Shown here piece by piece: positions 32,351-43,126 of a stretch of 64,000 nt of DNA (positions within the stretch are counted from its first letter, which is position 1; each line of letters opens with the position of its first letter). The translations under genes were made by a program, and so were the position numbers. Source of the stretch: Bdellovibrionota bacterium (GTDB lineage Bacteria; Bdellovibrionota_C; UBA2361; CAKMMH01); the NCBI GenBank assembly GCA_050952645.1, contig JBMNLI010000007.1:102433-166432 (forward strand), written 5' to 3'. The notes beneath the pieces are model-generated. The model made no database searches, was not told the DNA's origin, and saw only the letters and a list, made by a program, of their open reading frames with translations.

Positions 32351-32773
32351 ATTAAATTATCGAGTAAATAACCCTAAAGTAAATAACCCCCTAGGTATTA
32401 TTTAATTTAAGTTTTCGTGTTTTCTTTTAAGGCTTTTTTAAAAGGCTTAATTTTTTTAAAGGCTTAATTTTTAGGTTTAAATGCAGAGAGTAAAGAAAAA
32501 TATTAATATAAAGAAACGCAAAAATGTATTTTTTTTAATATAATAAAATCAATACGTTGCTAGTTTTGTTTTTTAAATTTAATAAAAAATGAAACTAAAA
32601 AATTTATTTTGCATTTAATGTATAAACGGTTAAGAGTTAGTAAGTAGTTTTTTAGGTTAAAGTTTTATTAGCATTTTACCCGATAAACTACAAAGTGATT
32701 AACTACAAAGTAGTGATAAGTTTTTGTTATTAGTTTAAATAAAAATGTTTTTTTATAGATAAAGGAGAGAAAT

Positions 32774-33819
32774 ATGAAAATAAATAAATGTTGGCACCGT
32801 TCTTGCACTAACCAATCAACCAACCAACCAACCAATTAACCAACCAATTAACTAATAAGAAATATATCTTAAGTTTCTTCCTAGTTTTTAGTTTCGTATT
32901 TAGTTTTATATTTTGTGTAAATCCTGCTATTAGTCAGTGGAATTATGGGGGGAATTATGGGGGGAATTATAGTAGCGGTAATAATAAAAATACTGCTAGA
33001 TATGATAATCCTACTTATAGTATGGGAACTGGTGGTATGGAAACAGGGTATTATAGCATTCCTACCCAAGCAGGCTCCCAAGCAGGATATAGTCAAGAAA
33101 GCCGAGCGAGTGCTTATTCTTTAGCTTATTCAGAATATTATAGTTATTCGAGTATGAGTGTAAATAGTAGTGTAGGTAATGATGGAAGCTGCACTACCGA
33201 TGATGATTGTATAACGGGCGGTATATGTAATAATGGATATTGCCAATGCCCTATCGGTGCAAGCAAGATTACTGGAGTTAAAAAATCAAAAAGTGGAGCA
33301 AATGATAATATTCAAGTTTGTGCACCTTGCCCAGATGATATGCAACTCAAAGGTGGAGAATGTGTATGCCCAGACGATAAAGTTTTTGATGTAGTAAAAA
33401 ATATTTGTCTTCCTTGCCCAGATATTATGAAAGGGTCTATATATAATATAGAGACTGAGAGTTGCGAGTGCCCTGAGAATAAATATATTCTTACAGATGC
33501 TTTTGGTAGTAAACATTGTAGTGAATGTGACGGAGAAAATGCTAATTTAAATAGATATCAACTAGAAGATGGTAAAATATGTAAATGTGCAACTGGCGTT
33601 TACAGTGCAAGCAAGGGGGAATGTGTAAATTGTAATAAGATTATAAGAAATTCGCGTCAAGATGATGAATCTGGAGAATGTGTTTGCAAAGATGGATATT
33701 ATGCCGTACAAGATACTATTGAAAGATGTGTTATCGGGAAGTGTGAAAAAATTGCTAAAAAAGACGAAGTAAAGAAAGAGTTTGAAAACCAATCGTGGTG
33801 GAAGTTTTTGTTTGGGTAA
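32774..33819 (+). CDS. Secreted Cys-rich (EGF/furin-like repeat) protein, frameshifted in a (CAAC)n tract
   Basis: AAGGAG RBS and ATG 32774; a signal-peptide-like segment (KKYILSFFLVF...PAIS) is in frame with ORF 33022-33819, which has many CxCP..C repeats. Confidence 0.7.
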
Positions 33820-33920
33820 TATTTTCTAACTTTAAACTAAAGTAAAACATATTTTAAAAAAACATCTTCCCAAAACAACAATTTATTACTAATATAATAT
33901 TTAAGTTTTACATAGGTTTT

Positions 33921-33967
33921 AAAAATGACTATTAGGAAGTCTAAAGCTTTTTAATAGTCATTTTTTT
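33921..33967 (+). terminator. Intrinsic terminator
   Basis: AAAAATGACTATTA/TAATAGTCATTTTT stem plus T run. Confidence 0.7.
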
Positions 33968-34181
33968 AGTTCTTCACTTTTAAAGGTAGGGAGGAAGCTC
34001 TTTAAAGATTAGCATTGCCTACCATAAAGCCTAAAAGAAAATTGACTTTAAGAAGTTTACATAAAATAAATTGCTTAAAATATGGCTATGATTTAAAAAA
34101 ATATAGCTAGTTTCAAGAGTCAACTTTTTTCAAGCTAACCTAAAAAACAATTTTTCTAACTCACTTAAAACGTGAAGAGCC
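33968..34181. mobile_element. ISL3-like MITE, full length, diverged, intron-free
   Basis: Both TIRs; flanks ATTTTTTT/ATTTTTTA. Confidence 0.8.
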
Positions 34182-34372
34182 ATTTTTTAATTGTTTTTTA
34201 ATTTATCTTAAAATAAAGTTTTTGCATAATAAATAAATATATGTAAAGTCTTGGAAATATACTATAAAAACTCCTAAAAGGCTCGACTTTGCTTTGCATT
34301 AAATAGTCAATACGTTAAAATAATCTTATTATTTTTTAAATACAAATGGTATTTATTATTCAAGAACTCTAT

Positions 34373-34450
34373 TATATTATATAAGTATATTATATAAGTA
34401 CATTTTATAAGTACATTTTATAAGTATGTTTTGTAAGTATGTTTCATAAA
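34373..34450. repeat. Six 13-bp tandem units with stepwise divergence
   Basis: TATATTATATAAG x2, TACATTTTATAAG x2, TATGTTTTGTAAG, TATGTTTCATAAA. Confidence 0.8.
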
Positions 34451-34493
34451 GTGAAAATTTTAGTAGTTTTATAGTAGTGAGTTTATATTCTAT

Positions 34494-35300
34494 ATGATAT
34501 TTGACGAGTTAAAAGAAATAGCCAAAAAAAACAATCATAAATTGCCAACTTGGCTAGATAAAAATAAAGAACCTGAAATAAAATTTACGAGTGCAAATAC
34601 TAAAGGAAAAAACATTTTACTTCTACACGGTCTTTTTGGTGCCGTTTCTAATTGGGATAGTGTTTTCGACTTATTAAAAGAATTTTCAAACCCTATCGCA
34701 CTTTCTTTTCCCATTTCCACTGGAAGCACTGCGGATATTACAGTCTCATCTTTAACATTGCTTACAGAGTTCTTTATAAGAAAACATAATTTAAAAAATT
34801 TAATTTTATGCGGTAATAGCCTCGGTGGTCATATCGCTCTAAAACTATTGCTAGTAGGCTCAAAAGAACGTGTCGATAAACTAATCTTAAGCGGCTCTTC
34901 AGGGCTTTACGAACATACCACAGAAAAACTTCCCTTAAGACCTAAAGCAAAATTCGTAGAAGAACAAATGGAAAAAGTATTTTATGATAAAAAACATATT
35001 ACTAAAGAGGGTGTAGATAGTATAGTCGAATGCTTAGCCGATAAAAGAACGTTCCTAAATTATATAATAGCTGCTAAAAGTGCTAAGCACGATAACTTAG
35101 AAAAAGTTTTAGAAAATATAAATAAGGAAACTTTGCTCCTTTGGGGAGAAGACGATGAGATAACTCCTCTTTGCGTTGCAAATACTTTTAATAAACTAAT
35201 AAAAAACTCACAATTAAAAACTATAAAAAACTGTGGTCATGCACCAATGATAGAACGCCCTAAATGGTTCGCAGAAGAAATAAGAAATTTTGTTTCTTAA
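34494..35300 (+). CDS. Alpha/beta hydrolase
   Basis: LLHG, GNSLGG nucleophile elbow, WGEDD, CGHAP. Confidence 0.92.
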   Translation: MIFDELKEIAKKNNHKLPTWLDKNKEPEIKFTSANTKGKNILLLHGLFGAVSNWDSVFDLLKEFSNPIALSFPISTGSTADITVSSLTLLTEFFIRKHNLKNLILCGNSLGGHIALKLLLVGSKERVDKLILSGSSGLYEHTTEKLPLRPKAKFVEEQMEKVFYDKKHITKEGVDSIVECLADKRTFLNYIIAAKSAKHDNLEKVLENINKETLLLWGEDDEITPLCVANTFNKLIKNSQLKTIKNCGHAPMIERPKWFAEEIRNFVS

Positions 35301-35482
35301 AAAAAAATATAAGGTTAAAGGAAGCTTTTCCTCAAGTTTTTTCATATTTTTAATATCAATTTTTTTATGCTACACGTGTGTAGCTTTAAGTTAAAAAAAT
35401 TTTAATGCGTTTTAATTATATTAGTGTAAATTTATACTAATTATGCTAAATATAAAAAGCATAAGCTAAAGGAAAATTTTTT

Positions 35483-37459
35483 ATGGATAAAGAAAATATA
35501 AAACTACTAGCAAACACTGTGCGTGTGCTTTCAGCAGAAATGATAGAAAAAGCAAAATCGGGACACCCAGGAATGCCACTAGGAGCTGCAGATTTAGCAT
35601 CGGTTCTTTGGGCGTATTTTTTAAATTTTAATCCAAATGACCTTAACTTTGAAGGGCGTGATAGGTTTGTGCTTTCCTCAGGACACGCCTCGGCGATGCT
35701 ATATTCTTTTCTTTACTTATTTTCTTGTGGTTTAACTAAGGAAGACTTGAAAAATTTTAGACAATTAGGCTCAAAAACGCCAGGACATCCAGAGTTTGGT
35801 ATTACAGATGGTGTAGAGGTCAGCACGGGGCCTCTCGGCATGGGATTTGCTAACGGTGTAGGTTTAGCACTTTCAAGTAAGATAAAAAAAGCAAGGTTTA
35901 GTGAAAAGCTTTTCGATTATAATGTTTATGGCATTGTTGGTGATGGCGATTTAATGGAGGGGATATCTAGCGAGGCTGCATCTCTTGCAGGTCATTACGA
36001 GCTTGGCAATCTAATTTATATTTATGATAGCAACGGCATTACTATCGAAGGGAGCACGGAGCTTTCTTTTACGGAAAACGTAAGACAAAGATTTGAAAGT
36101 TATAATTGGCAAGTTTTAGAATGCGACGGGCAAAACGTAGAAGCGGTTTTTAATAGTTTAAATGCAGCTTTAGAAGAAAAATCTAAGCCTACGCTTATTA
36201 TAGCAAAAACTATTATAGGTTTTGGAAGCATAAATAAGTCTAATACTAGTAAAGTTCACGGAAGCCCTTTAGGAGAAGATGAAATAAAGCTAATGCGTGA
36301 AAATTTTAAAATGAGTGATGAAAGTTTTTCAGTTTCTAATAGCGTAAAAGAGTTTTGTCAAAAATTATTAGTTAATAAAATTAAATATTACGATGATTGG
36401 CAAAAAGAGTTTAACGAGTTTAAGAAAACTAAAAAATACGATGAGTACGTTTTTCAAAAAGAAAAAAATCTTCCTAAAAATTTAAAGCAAGAACTAATAA
36501 ATGAAATTTCTAATATTGAAAATGCCGCTACTAGAGAACTTTCGGGAAAAGCTTTGCAAGTATTATCAAAGAATTTGCCAAATTTAATAGGAGGTTCGGC
36601 GGATTTAGCATCATCAAATAATACTTATTTAGTAGATTCTAAGGATATTACAAAAAATGATTTTGAAGGTAAAAACATTCGTTTTGGTGTTAGAGAAAAT
36701 GCTATGGGAGCGATAATGAACGCTTTTTCTTATGAAAAGATGTGGTTTCCTTTTTGTGCTACTTTTTTAGTGTTTTCGGATTATTTAAGACCAACGATTA
36801 GAATTGCAGCTCTTTCAAAGCTTCAGACTTTATTTATTTTTACTCACGATAGCGTAGCAGTAGGGGAAGATGGACCTACGCATCAACCAGTAGAAACGAT
36901 ATCATCTCTAAGGTTAATCCCTAACTTGTATGTTTTTAGACCAGCGGATGGTTTAGAAGTGGCAATAAGTTATTTTAACGCTCTAAATTTAAAAGATAGT
37001 CCTAGTGCTTTTATCCTAACTAGACAAAAACTTCCAATAATAAAAAGAGAAAATGATTTTAATGTAGATGATATTTTAAAAGGTGCATACGTAGTTAAAA
37101 ATTCTAATGTTAAAGAAATCGTTATAGTGGCAACGGGTTCTGAGGTATCATTAGCTTTAGAAGCTTGCAAATTATTAGAAGAAAAAAATATATTTTGCAG
37201 AGTAGTTTCAATGGTTTGTATGGAAACTTTTTTAGAGCAAAGCGATGCGTATAAGGAAAGCATTATCCCAAGCGAGGCAAAAGTTATTTCTCTTGAGATG
37301 GGAAGCACTGCCATCTGGGGGCAGTTCGTTGGAAGAAAGGGTTTAGGTATCGGTATCGATGTTTTTGGAGAATCTGCACCTGCATCAAAGCTTTTAGACA
37401 AGTATGGATTTGCGCCTAGTAAGGTAGCTAAGAGAATAGAAACTTTTTTAGCTCTTTAA
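35483..37459 (+). CDS. tkt: Transketolase
   Basis: SGHPG, TPGHPE, GDGDLMEG, THDSVAVGEDGPTHQP. Confidence 0.97.
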   Translation: MDKENIKLLANTVRVLSAEMIEKAKSGHPGMPLGAADLASVLWAYFLNFNPNDLNFEGRDRFVLSSGHASAMLYSFLYLFSCGLTKEDLKNFRQLGSKTPGHPEFGITDGVEVSTGPLGMGFANGVGLALSSKIKKARFSEKLFDYNVYGIVGDGDLMEGISSEAASLAGHYELGNLIYIYDSNGITIEGSTELSFTENVRQRFESYNWQVLECDGQNVEAVFNSLNAALEEKSKPTLIIAKTIIGFGSINKSNTSKVHGSPLGEDEIKLMRENFKMSDESFSVSNSVKEFCQKLLVNKIKYYDDWQKEFNEFKKTKKYDEYVFQKEKNLPKNLKQELINEISNIENAATRELSGKALQVLSKNLPNLIGGSADLASSNNTYLVDSKDITKNDFEGKNIRFGVRENAMGAIMNAFSYEKMWFPFCATFLVFSDYLRPTIRIAALSKLQTLFIFTHDSVAVGEDGPTHQPVETISSLRLIPNLYVFRPADGLEVAISYFNALNLKDSPSAFILTRQKLPIIKRENDFNVDDILKGAYVVKNSNVKEIVIVATGSEVSLALEACKLLEEKNIFCRVVSMVCMETFLEQSDAYKESIIPSEAKVISLEMGSTAIWGQFVGRKGLGIGIDVFGESAPASKLLDKYGFAPSKVAKRIETFLAL

Positions 37460-37480
37460 GTCTAGAGTTTTTTATTTTTT

Positions 37481-37512
37481 GGTTCTTAAACCACCTTAAA
37501 GCGTGAAGAATT
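37481..37512. repeat. Minimal 32-bp MITE remnant
   Basis: GGTTCTT...CCACCTTAAAGCGTGAAGAATT flanked by a perfect TATTTTTT duplication. Confidence 0.65.
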
Positions 37513-37549
37513 TATTTTTTAAATAGTGTAAAATTCTCATTATTAGTTT

Positions 37550-37930
37550 TTATAATAAGTTTTGAGTTAAAAGTATCGTCCAAGGAGCTATTGCGAAAGT
37601 CATATATATTGCTATTACGCATTTAAGAGCAGCTTTTATCCAGTTAACGTGGTTTGATAAGTAAACTAATCCGATTATAGTAGCTACAGCTAAACTTTTT
37701 GAAGCTACTAGAGCCGCAACGGTTCCATAATTTTCCATAACGTTTCTTAAAAGAGCGTTGCCTTCCATGCTAGTTCCGAAAACATTCATTCCGATATTTG
37801 TTAAGATTGCATCAGCTATTTGTAAAGTTATAAGGATAACTCCAAGTGTTATAACTTCTTTTGAAGGTAAGCTACACGCTCTTGATATAGTTAGTTGCTC
37901 GTTTGATACGTTGCTAATGCTATTTGACAT
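37550..37930 (-). CDS. Small membrane protein (DUF5658-like)
   Basis: LQIADAILT...EGNALL...K pattern, 3 TM segments. Confidence 0.7.
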   Translation of the reverse strand: MSNSISNVSNEQLTISRACSLPSKEVITLGVILITLQIADAILTNIGMNVFGTSMEGNALLRNVMENYGTVAALVASKSLAVATIIGLVYLSNHVNWIKAALKCVIAIYMTFAIAPWTILLTQNLL

Positions 37931-38255
37931 AATCTTTTTTCCCCCTAAAAGTATATTATAGTCATAACCTTTGCAATTTATGCTTCAGAAATAAACTATT
38001 TTTTTTATTTTAAAATATTGATTTTTGCAAAAAAGCTAGAATTTTCAATGTGTTATATTTAGTGCTTATGTAAATTATTTAACACTGTATATTTGCAATA
38101 CACCCTTAGTATAGAGTTTTTTAAAAGTTTAAGCAAAAATTTTTTTGTATTAAGAATTAAAATTTATACGCTTTAAAGTATAGAAATTTGAAATAAGTAT
38201 TTTTAAAAGTTTGTTTTTTTTGTATTTGTATTTGTCCTTGTCTTTGTCCTTGTAT

Positions 38256-41162
38256 TTATTCTTGTCTTTGTGGTTTTTGTTCCCATATTAGCATTTCGAT
38301 ATTTCCTTTAGGTATAATTCTTTTAAACATTTTATTAAGAATGTGAAAAATCTCTTTTTTATATCTATTTAAAACATATCTTGAAATTTTAGTTTCTTTT
38401 CTAATTTCTCTGTCTGATTTAATTTTATTACCAAATAATCCTAGGTAATAAATAATTAATTTTTGTTTAGTATTATTTAAAATGGGGAATACCTCTTTGC
38501 TCTTAGTCTTTAAAGTATCATTAGATATAAAATCATTTGAACACATAATTAAAAACTTATTTAAAGGATTTCGTGGAAATGTTTCGTATAATTTAAAAAC
38601 TAACTCTAGCGTATCGTAAATTAGTTTTTTATTTTGTAAGGAATTTTTATTATTTTCATCATAGTTTTCATTTTTTTCATTTCTAATTTTTCCTAATCTA
38701 AAGCTTCTATAAAAATTTTCTTTTTGAGCAGGAGAAAAGTCCTCTATGGCTTTTAATAACTCTTGCTTTAGCTCATAGTATGCATCTAAAGAGAGTGCTA
38801 TCTTACGTTCTTTTATCTCTCTATAACAAAGTTCATTTAAATAGTTTATATTTAATAAGTTTTCTAGTTTTTTAACGGAATATCTTCTTATCTTACCAAC
38901 TGTAGATTTATTAGGTAAAGATAACATATAGGCTAGCTTAGTTGAGCTTCTGATTTTTTTGTTAAAAAGTCCGAAAGCGTAAATAGTAATAATTAGATGT
39001 TCCTTACTAGGTAGCACGAAAACGGAATTTTCTAACACTTCTTTATATGTTAAATTTTCTTTTTCTAAAAAATCTTTTCTATATAAATAAAATAATTTAC
39101 TTTTCTCTTTTTTAGTAAAAACATTGTTTGCAAAAAGCTTTCGTTCGACTAATAAGTATTTTTCTAATGGCATATTTAATTTTTTAGCTATTTGCTTTGG
39201 AGTTAAATGTTTAATAAATTTTAATTTAAATATTTTTTTGTCCCTAGGTTTTTTTATTTTTGCTTCTAGAGCCTTTAAGAATTTTAAATCTAGGTGTGTT
39301 AGAGCAACCTTAAGTTCTCTTAAGGTAGAAACCGCTTTTTTGTATTCTTTGTCGTACGTTTGAGCGTCGATAGATAGCTTTTTAATAATATCTTCTTTCG
39401 ATAATTTTTCTGAAGTAGTAATTCCGTGTCTTAAATTTATAATTTCAAATTGTAGCGAAGATAACATAAAAAGAGCATTTGTTAAAAGGGCTTTTCTTAT
39501 AGTTCTGTCTTTAATGTTTGCCTTAAATATTTCGCAAAGTTTAAGGAATATTTCTGGCTCGTATTTTTCTAATTTTTCGATAACTCGTCTTTCAATCTCG
39601 ATAAGTTTTTTTATATCTATTTGCAGGTTGTTTGCGATATCGTGTAAATTTCTAACGATGCGATTTTTAAAATCATATCTACATTTTGCAAATGATATTT
39701 CTTCCTTTGTTAAAATAGAGTATAAATTATGTAGTGTAGGGTATCTATTTTTTTCTCTATAATTATCTTCAATAGTTAATGAAAGTTTTAATGCTTTATT
39801 AAACATTTTAGGGTCTTTTTTAAAGATTATTTCGAGTGATTTTAAAATACAACTATCTATAGACTCAATTTTTAGGCCGTAAGTATCGCATAGTTCAAAT
39901 CTAGATTGCTCTTTATCTCCATCTAAATCTCCATCTTTATTTCCATCTAAATCTCCATCTAATCCAAAATGTTTTGAGATAAGTTCAGGGATAAGTTTTG
40001 ATTCAATTTTAGCGACACGTTTTTCTACGCGTAATAACCCATTTTTAATTTCATTTTTTATATCCTTGATTTCATCTTGCGTAATAAAATAGTCTATAGC
40101 TACAGATATAAGTTGTAATTTCCCTAAAACTTTTCGTCTATGAAAATGTGCACTAGGTTCAAAATCTGCTACAAGATATTGATATTTATCTTCTCTATAA
40201 ATTTCGCAAGAACTTTCTATAATATATCTTTCTTTTCCGTAAGTATAATTTAAAAATTTATAGGCAAGCTTTGCCGTATTATCGGCTGTAGGGTCATGTT
40301 CATCATTAATTCTATTATAATAATTTATATTAGGATTGCCTAGTTGCGAAAAAGGAGTAGGAGAAAGTACGCTTCCTTTATCATTATCTAAATTTCGTAT
40401 TCCTTGATTTTTATTCCTATATATATCTATAATGACGAAAGGTATTCTATTATAAAGATAAGTTGAAAAAGATGAGTTTTTTTCATGGTCATAACTATTA
40501 ATTAATTCTACAACTTCTAAAAAAACACTAGGGTAAAGGTCTTCGAGGCTTTTGTTTAAATTATGTTTTTTGATATGTCTTAAGATTATATTTTTAATAA
40601 TCCGTTCGTATGGTTTTATTATATCGTTTCTTTTTTGTGCTACAAAATTGTAGCTATTAAGAATGTTAGATAGTGCTTCTAATTTTTCTTTTTCCGTATT
40701 AGTTTTATTTAAATTTTCAAAAGTTTTTTTTATTCTACCCATAATATTTGAATAAAAAAATTCATTTGCGTGATGCCTTAGTATTTTTATATCACTACTT
40801 TCTAAGAGAGGTGGCGTCTTAAAAGATGGATCAGAAATTCTTTCTAGTGCTTCTTGTAGTTCTTTAAGATCTTGTCCGCTAAGATTAGTAAAATTATCTG
40901 AAATATCGTGATTTTTAAAAGATGTATACTCCCTAATTAGAGAGATGATATAAGGGGTAGCTTCTTTACTATTAAAAAACTGTTTTTTAAAGTTTTCCAT
41001 TTCTTGCTTATAGGAACTTATAGCTTTTATAGTTCCCTTATTATCAGGGATTAGATTATCGCCACTAAAAGATGCGCCTCTAGAAGATGTAGGAGAGGGG
41101 GGGAGGGAATGCTTCCTAAAATCATCGTGTTGTCTTATTGTATTTTCTCTATTATGTATCAT
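38256..41162 (-). CDS. Giant sigma70-like protein: one region 2 plus 6-7 tandem region-4 HTH units
   Basis: EDLY...INSYDHEKNSSFSTYLYNRI region-2-like motif; repeated L(T/S/P)xxExxII..(F/Y/H)G...S/T..I...L units. Confidence 0.7.
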   Translation of the reverse strand: MIHNRENTIRQHDDFRKHSLPPSPTSSRGASFSGDNLIPDNKGTIKAISSYKQEMENFKKQFFNSKEATPYIISLIREYTSFKNHDISDNFTNLSGQDLKELQEALERISDPSFKTPPLLESSDIKILRHHANEFFYSNIMGRIKKTFENLNKTNTEKEKLEALSNILNSYNFVAQKRNDIIKPYERIIKNIILRHIKKHNLNKSLEDLYPSVFLEVVELINSYDHEKNSSFSTYLYNRIPFVIIDIYRNKNQGIRNLDNDKGSVLSPTPFSQLGNPNINYYNRINDEHDPTADNTAKLAYKFLNYTYGKERYIIESSCEIYREDKYQYLVADFEPSAHFHRRKVLGKLQLISVAIDYFITQDEIKDIKNEIKNGLLRVEKRVAKIESKLIPELISKHFGLDGDLDGNKDGDLDGDKEQSRFELCDTYGLKIESIDSCILKSLEIIFKKDPKMFNKALKLSLTIEDNYREKNRYPTLHNLYSILTKEEISFAKCRYDFKNRIVRNLHDIANNLQIDIKKLIEIERRVIEKLEKYEPEIFLKLCEIFKANIKDRTIRKALLTNALFMLSSLQFEIINLRHGITTSEKLSKEDIIKKLSIDAQTYDKEYKKAVSTLRELKVALTHLDLKFLKALEAKIKKPRDKKIFKLKFIKHLTPKQIAKKLNMPLEKYLLVERKLFANNVFTKKEKSKLFYLYRKDFLEKENLTYKEVLENSVFVLPSKEHLIITIYAFGLFNKKIRSSTKLAYMLSLPNKSTVGKIRRYSVKKLENLLNINYLNELCYREIKERKIALSLDAYYELKQELLKAIEDFSPAQKENFYRSFRLGKIRNEKNENYDENNKNSLQNKKLIYDTLELVFKLYETFPRNPLNKFLIMCSNDFISNDTLKTKSKEVFPILNNTKQKLIIYYLGLFGNKIKSDREIRKETKISRYVLNRYKKEIFHILNKMFKRIIPKGNIEMLIWEQKPQRQE

Positions 41163-41219
41163 TTTTTTTATTTTTTTAGTTTAATCATTTTTTTTTATGA
41201 AAGTGGTTAAGTTAATTTG

Positions 41220-42386
41220 CTAACTCTCATTTGTATTTAGTCTAAATTCTCTTAAGATAGAAACCGCATTTTTATATTCTTTGTAGTACGTTTGAGCGTC
41301 GATAGATAGCTTTTTAATAATATCTTCTTTTGATAATTTTTCTGAAGTAGTAATCCCACGTCTTAAATTTATAATTTCAAATTGTAGCGAAGATAACATA
41401 AAAAGAGCATTTTTTACAAAAGATCTTTTAATATTTTGGCTTTCAACATTAGCCTTAAATATTGCGCAAATCTTAGGGAATGTTTCTAGTTTATATTGTT
41501 TTAATTTTTCTATAACTCCTCTTTCAATTTCAATAAGTTCTGTTATATCTGTTTTTAAATCATTTGCGACTTGGTTTAAGTCTTTAAAGATTCTATTTTT
41601 CCAATCGTATCTACATTTTAAAAACCTAGATTCTTCTTCTGTTAAAATAGAGTATAAATTATGTGGCAAAGGGTAGCTATTTTCTTTTCTAAATTCATCT
41701 TCAATAGTTAGTGAAAATTTTAACGCTTTATAAAACATTTTAGGGTCTTTAGAAAAAGTTCCTTTAAGTGCATTAAAAATATAAGTATCTATCGTTTCAA
41801 TTTTAAGACCAAAATCTTCATATAACTCAGCTCTTGAATATTCTTCATTTCCATCTAAATCAAGGTGTTTCGATATGATTTTGCGATAATTCTTTGGTAT
41901 CGTTGGTAGTTTTTCTTTGATTTCATTTTTTATATCATTGATTTCATCTTGCGTAGGAGAATGGTTTATGGCTTCTGATATAAATTTTAATTTTTCGATG
42001 GTTATTTGATATATTTGGTGTGCACGTTGATTCGACATAATACCAAGCGACATATAATATTTATATTCGTTTTTTGCGTAAAATCCGCACGAAATTTGCA
42101 TAATATATTTTTCTTTAAACTTTAGTGCATGTTTCTGATAAGTCTCCACAATTTTTAAAGCTTCTTCGTCTGGTGGAAATTCGCTAGCGTAATTTCTCTT
42201 AGGAGTAGTAGGAAATTCAGTATCAGAAAGAACTAGCGGATTTTCAGAAAGAGAACCGTGTCTTAAAGTTGCATGAAAGGTAGGGAATAAATGCTTGCTA
42301 AGATCATCATAAGTCGCTACATTTCCCCCTTGCTTAATGTTTTTCTGTTCTGCTTGTCGTCCTCTCGGTTGTTCTACTACTTGCAT
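41220..42386 (-). CDS. Region-4-repeat protein, partial paralog of 38256-41162
   Basis: C-terminal ~240 aa align with the middle of the 968-aa protein; 41258-41410 is near-identical to 39328-39480. Confidence 0.75.
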   Translation of the reverse strand: MQVVEQPRGRQAEQKNIKQGGNVATYDDLSKHLFPTFHATLRHGSLSENPLVLSDTEFPTTPKRNYASEFPPDEEALKIVETYQKHALKFKEKYIMQISCGFYAKNEYKYYMSLGIMSNQRAHQIYQITIEKLKFISEAINHSPTQDEINDIKNEIKEKLPTIPKNYRKIISKHLDLDGNEEYSRAELYEDFGLKIETIDTYIFNALKGTFSKDPKMFYKALKFSLTIEDEFRKENSYPLPHNLYSILTEEESRFLKCRYDWKNRIFKDLNQVANDLKTDITELIEIERGVIEKLKQYKLETFPKICAIFKANVESQNIKRSFVKNALFMLSSLQFEIINLRRGITTSEKLSKEDIIKKLSIDAQTYYKEYKNAVSILREFRLNTNES

Positions 42387-43126
42387 TTATTTATCTTTTA
42401 AATCAAACGTTAGTTTTAATTACATTTAAACGTAATATTATACTCGTTAAATGCTTTTTATCAAAATTTTAAATTTTTTTTGCCTTAAATATATGCTTTA
42501 ATTTTAGGCTCTTCATGTTTTAAGATGGGTTTTAGACCTTAAGAATTAGTATCATCAACCTCACGAAGCCCAAAAGAAAATTGACTTTAAAGAAATTTGC
42601 ATAAAATAAATTACTTTAAATATAGTTGTAATTTTTCTTTAAACTATAGATAGTTTTCTATAAAAGCCAATTTTCTTTTAAGCTAACCCCTAAAAACAAT
42701 TTTTTCTAATCCACCTAAAACGTGAAAGAATTAAAAAACTTTATGCTCGCTCTTTCTTTTTCTTATTATCATCGTCCCTCTAAATTATTCTTTCACGTTT
42801 TTAAGATGGGTTTTAGACCTTAAGAATTAGTATCATCAACCTCACGAAGCCCAAAAGAAAATTGACTTTAAAGAAATTTGCATAAAATAATTACTTTAAA
42901 TATAGTTGTAATTTTTCTTTAAACTATAGATAGTTTTCTATAAAAGCCAATTTTCTTTTAAGCTAACGCCCTAAAAACAATTTTTCTAATCCACCTAAAA
43001 CGTGAAAGAATTAAAAAACTTTATGCTCGCTCTTTCTTTTTCTTATTATCATCGTCCTCTAAATTATTCTTTCACGTTTTAAGGTAGGTTTTAGACCTTA
43101 AGAATTAGTATCATCAACCTCACGAA

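Noticed and set aside
42507..43126. Tandem repeat-spacer pattern as a CRISPR array
   Set aside because: Units are about 280 bp, the spacers are the same sequence, there are no cas genes, and the repeats are MITE copies
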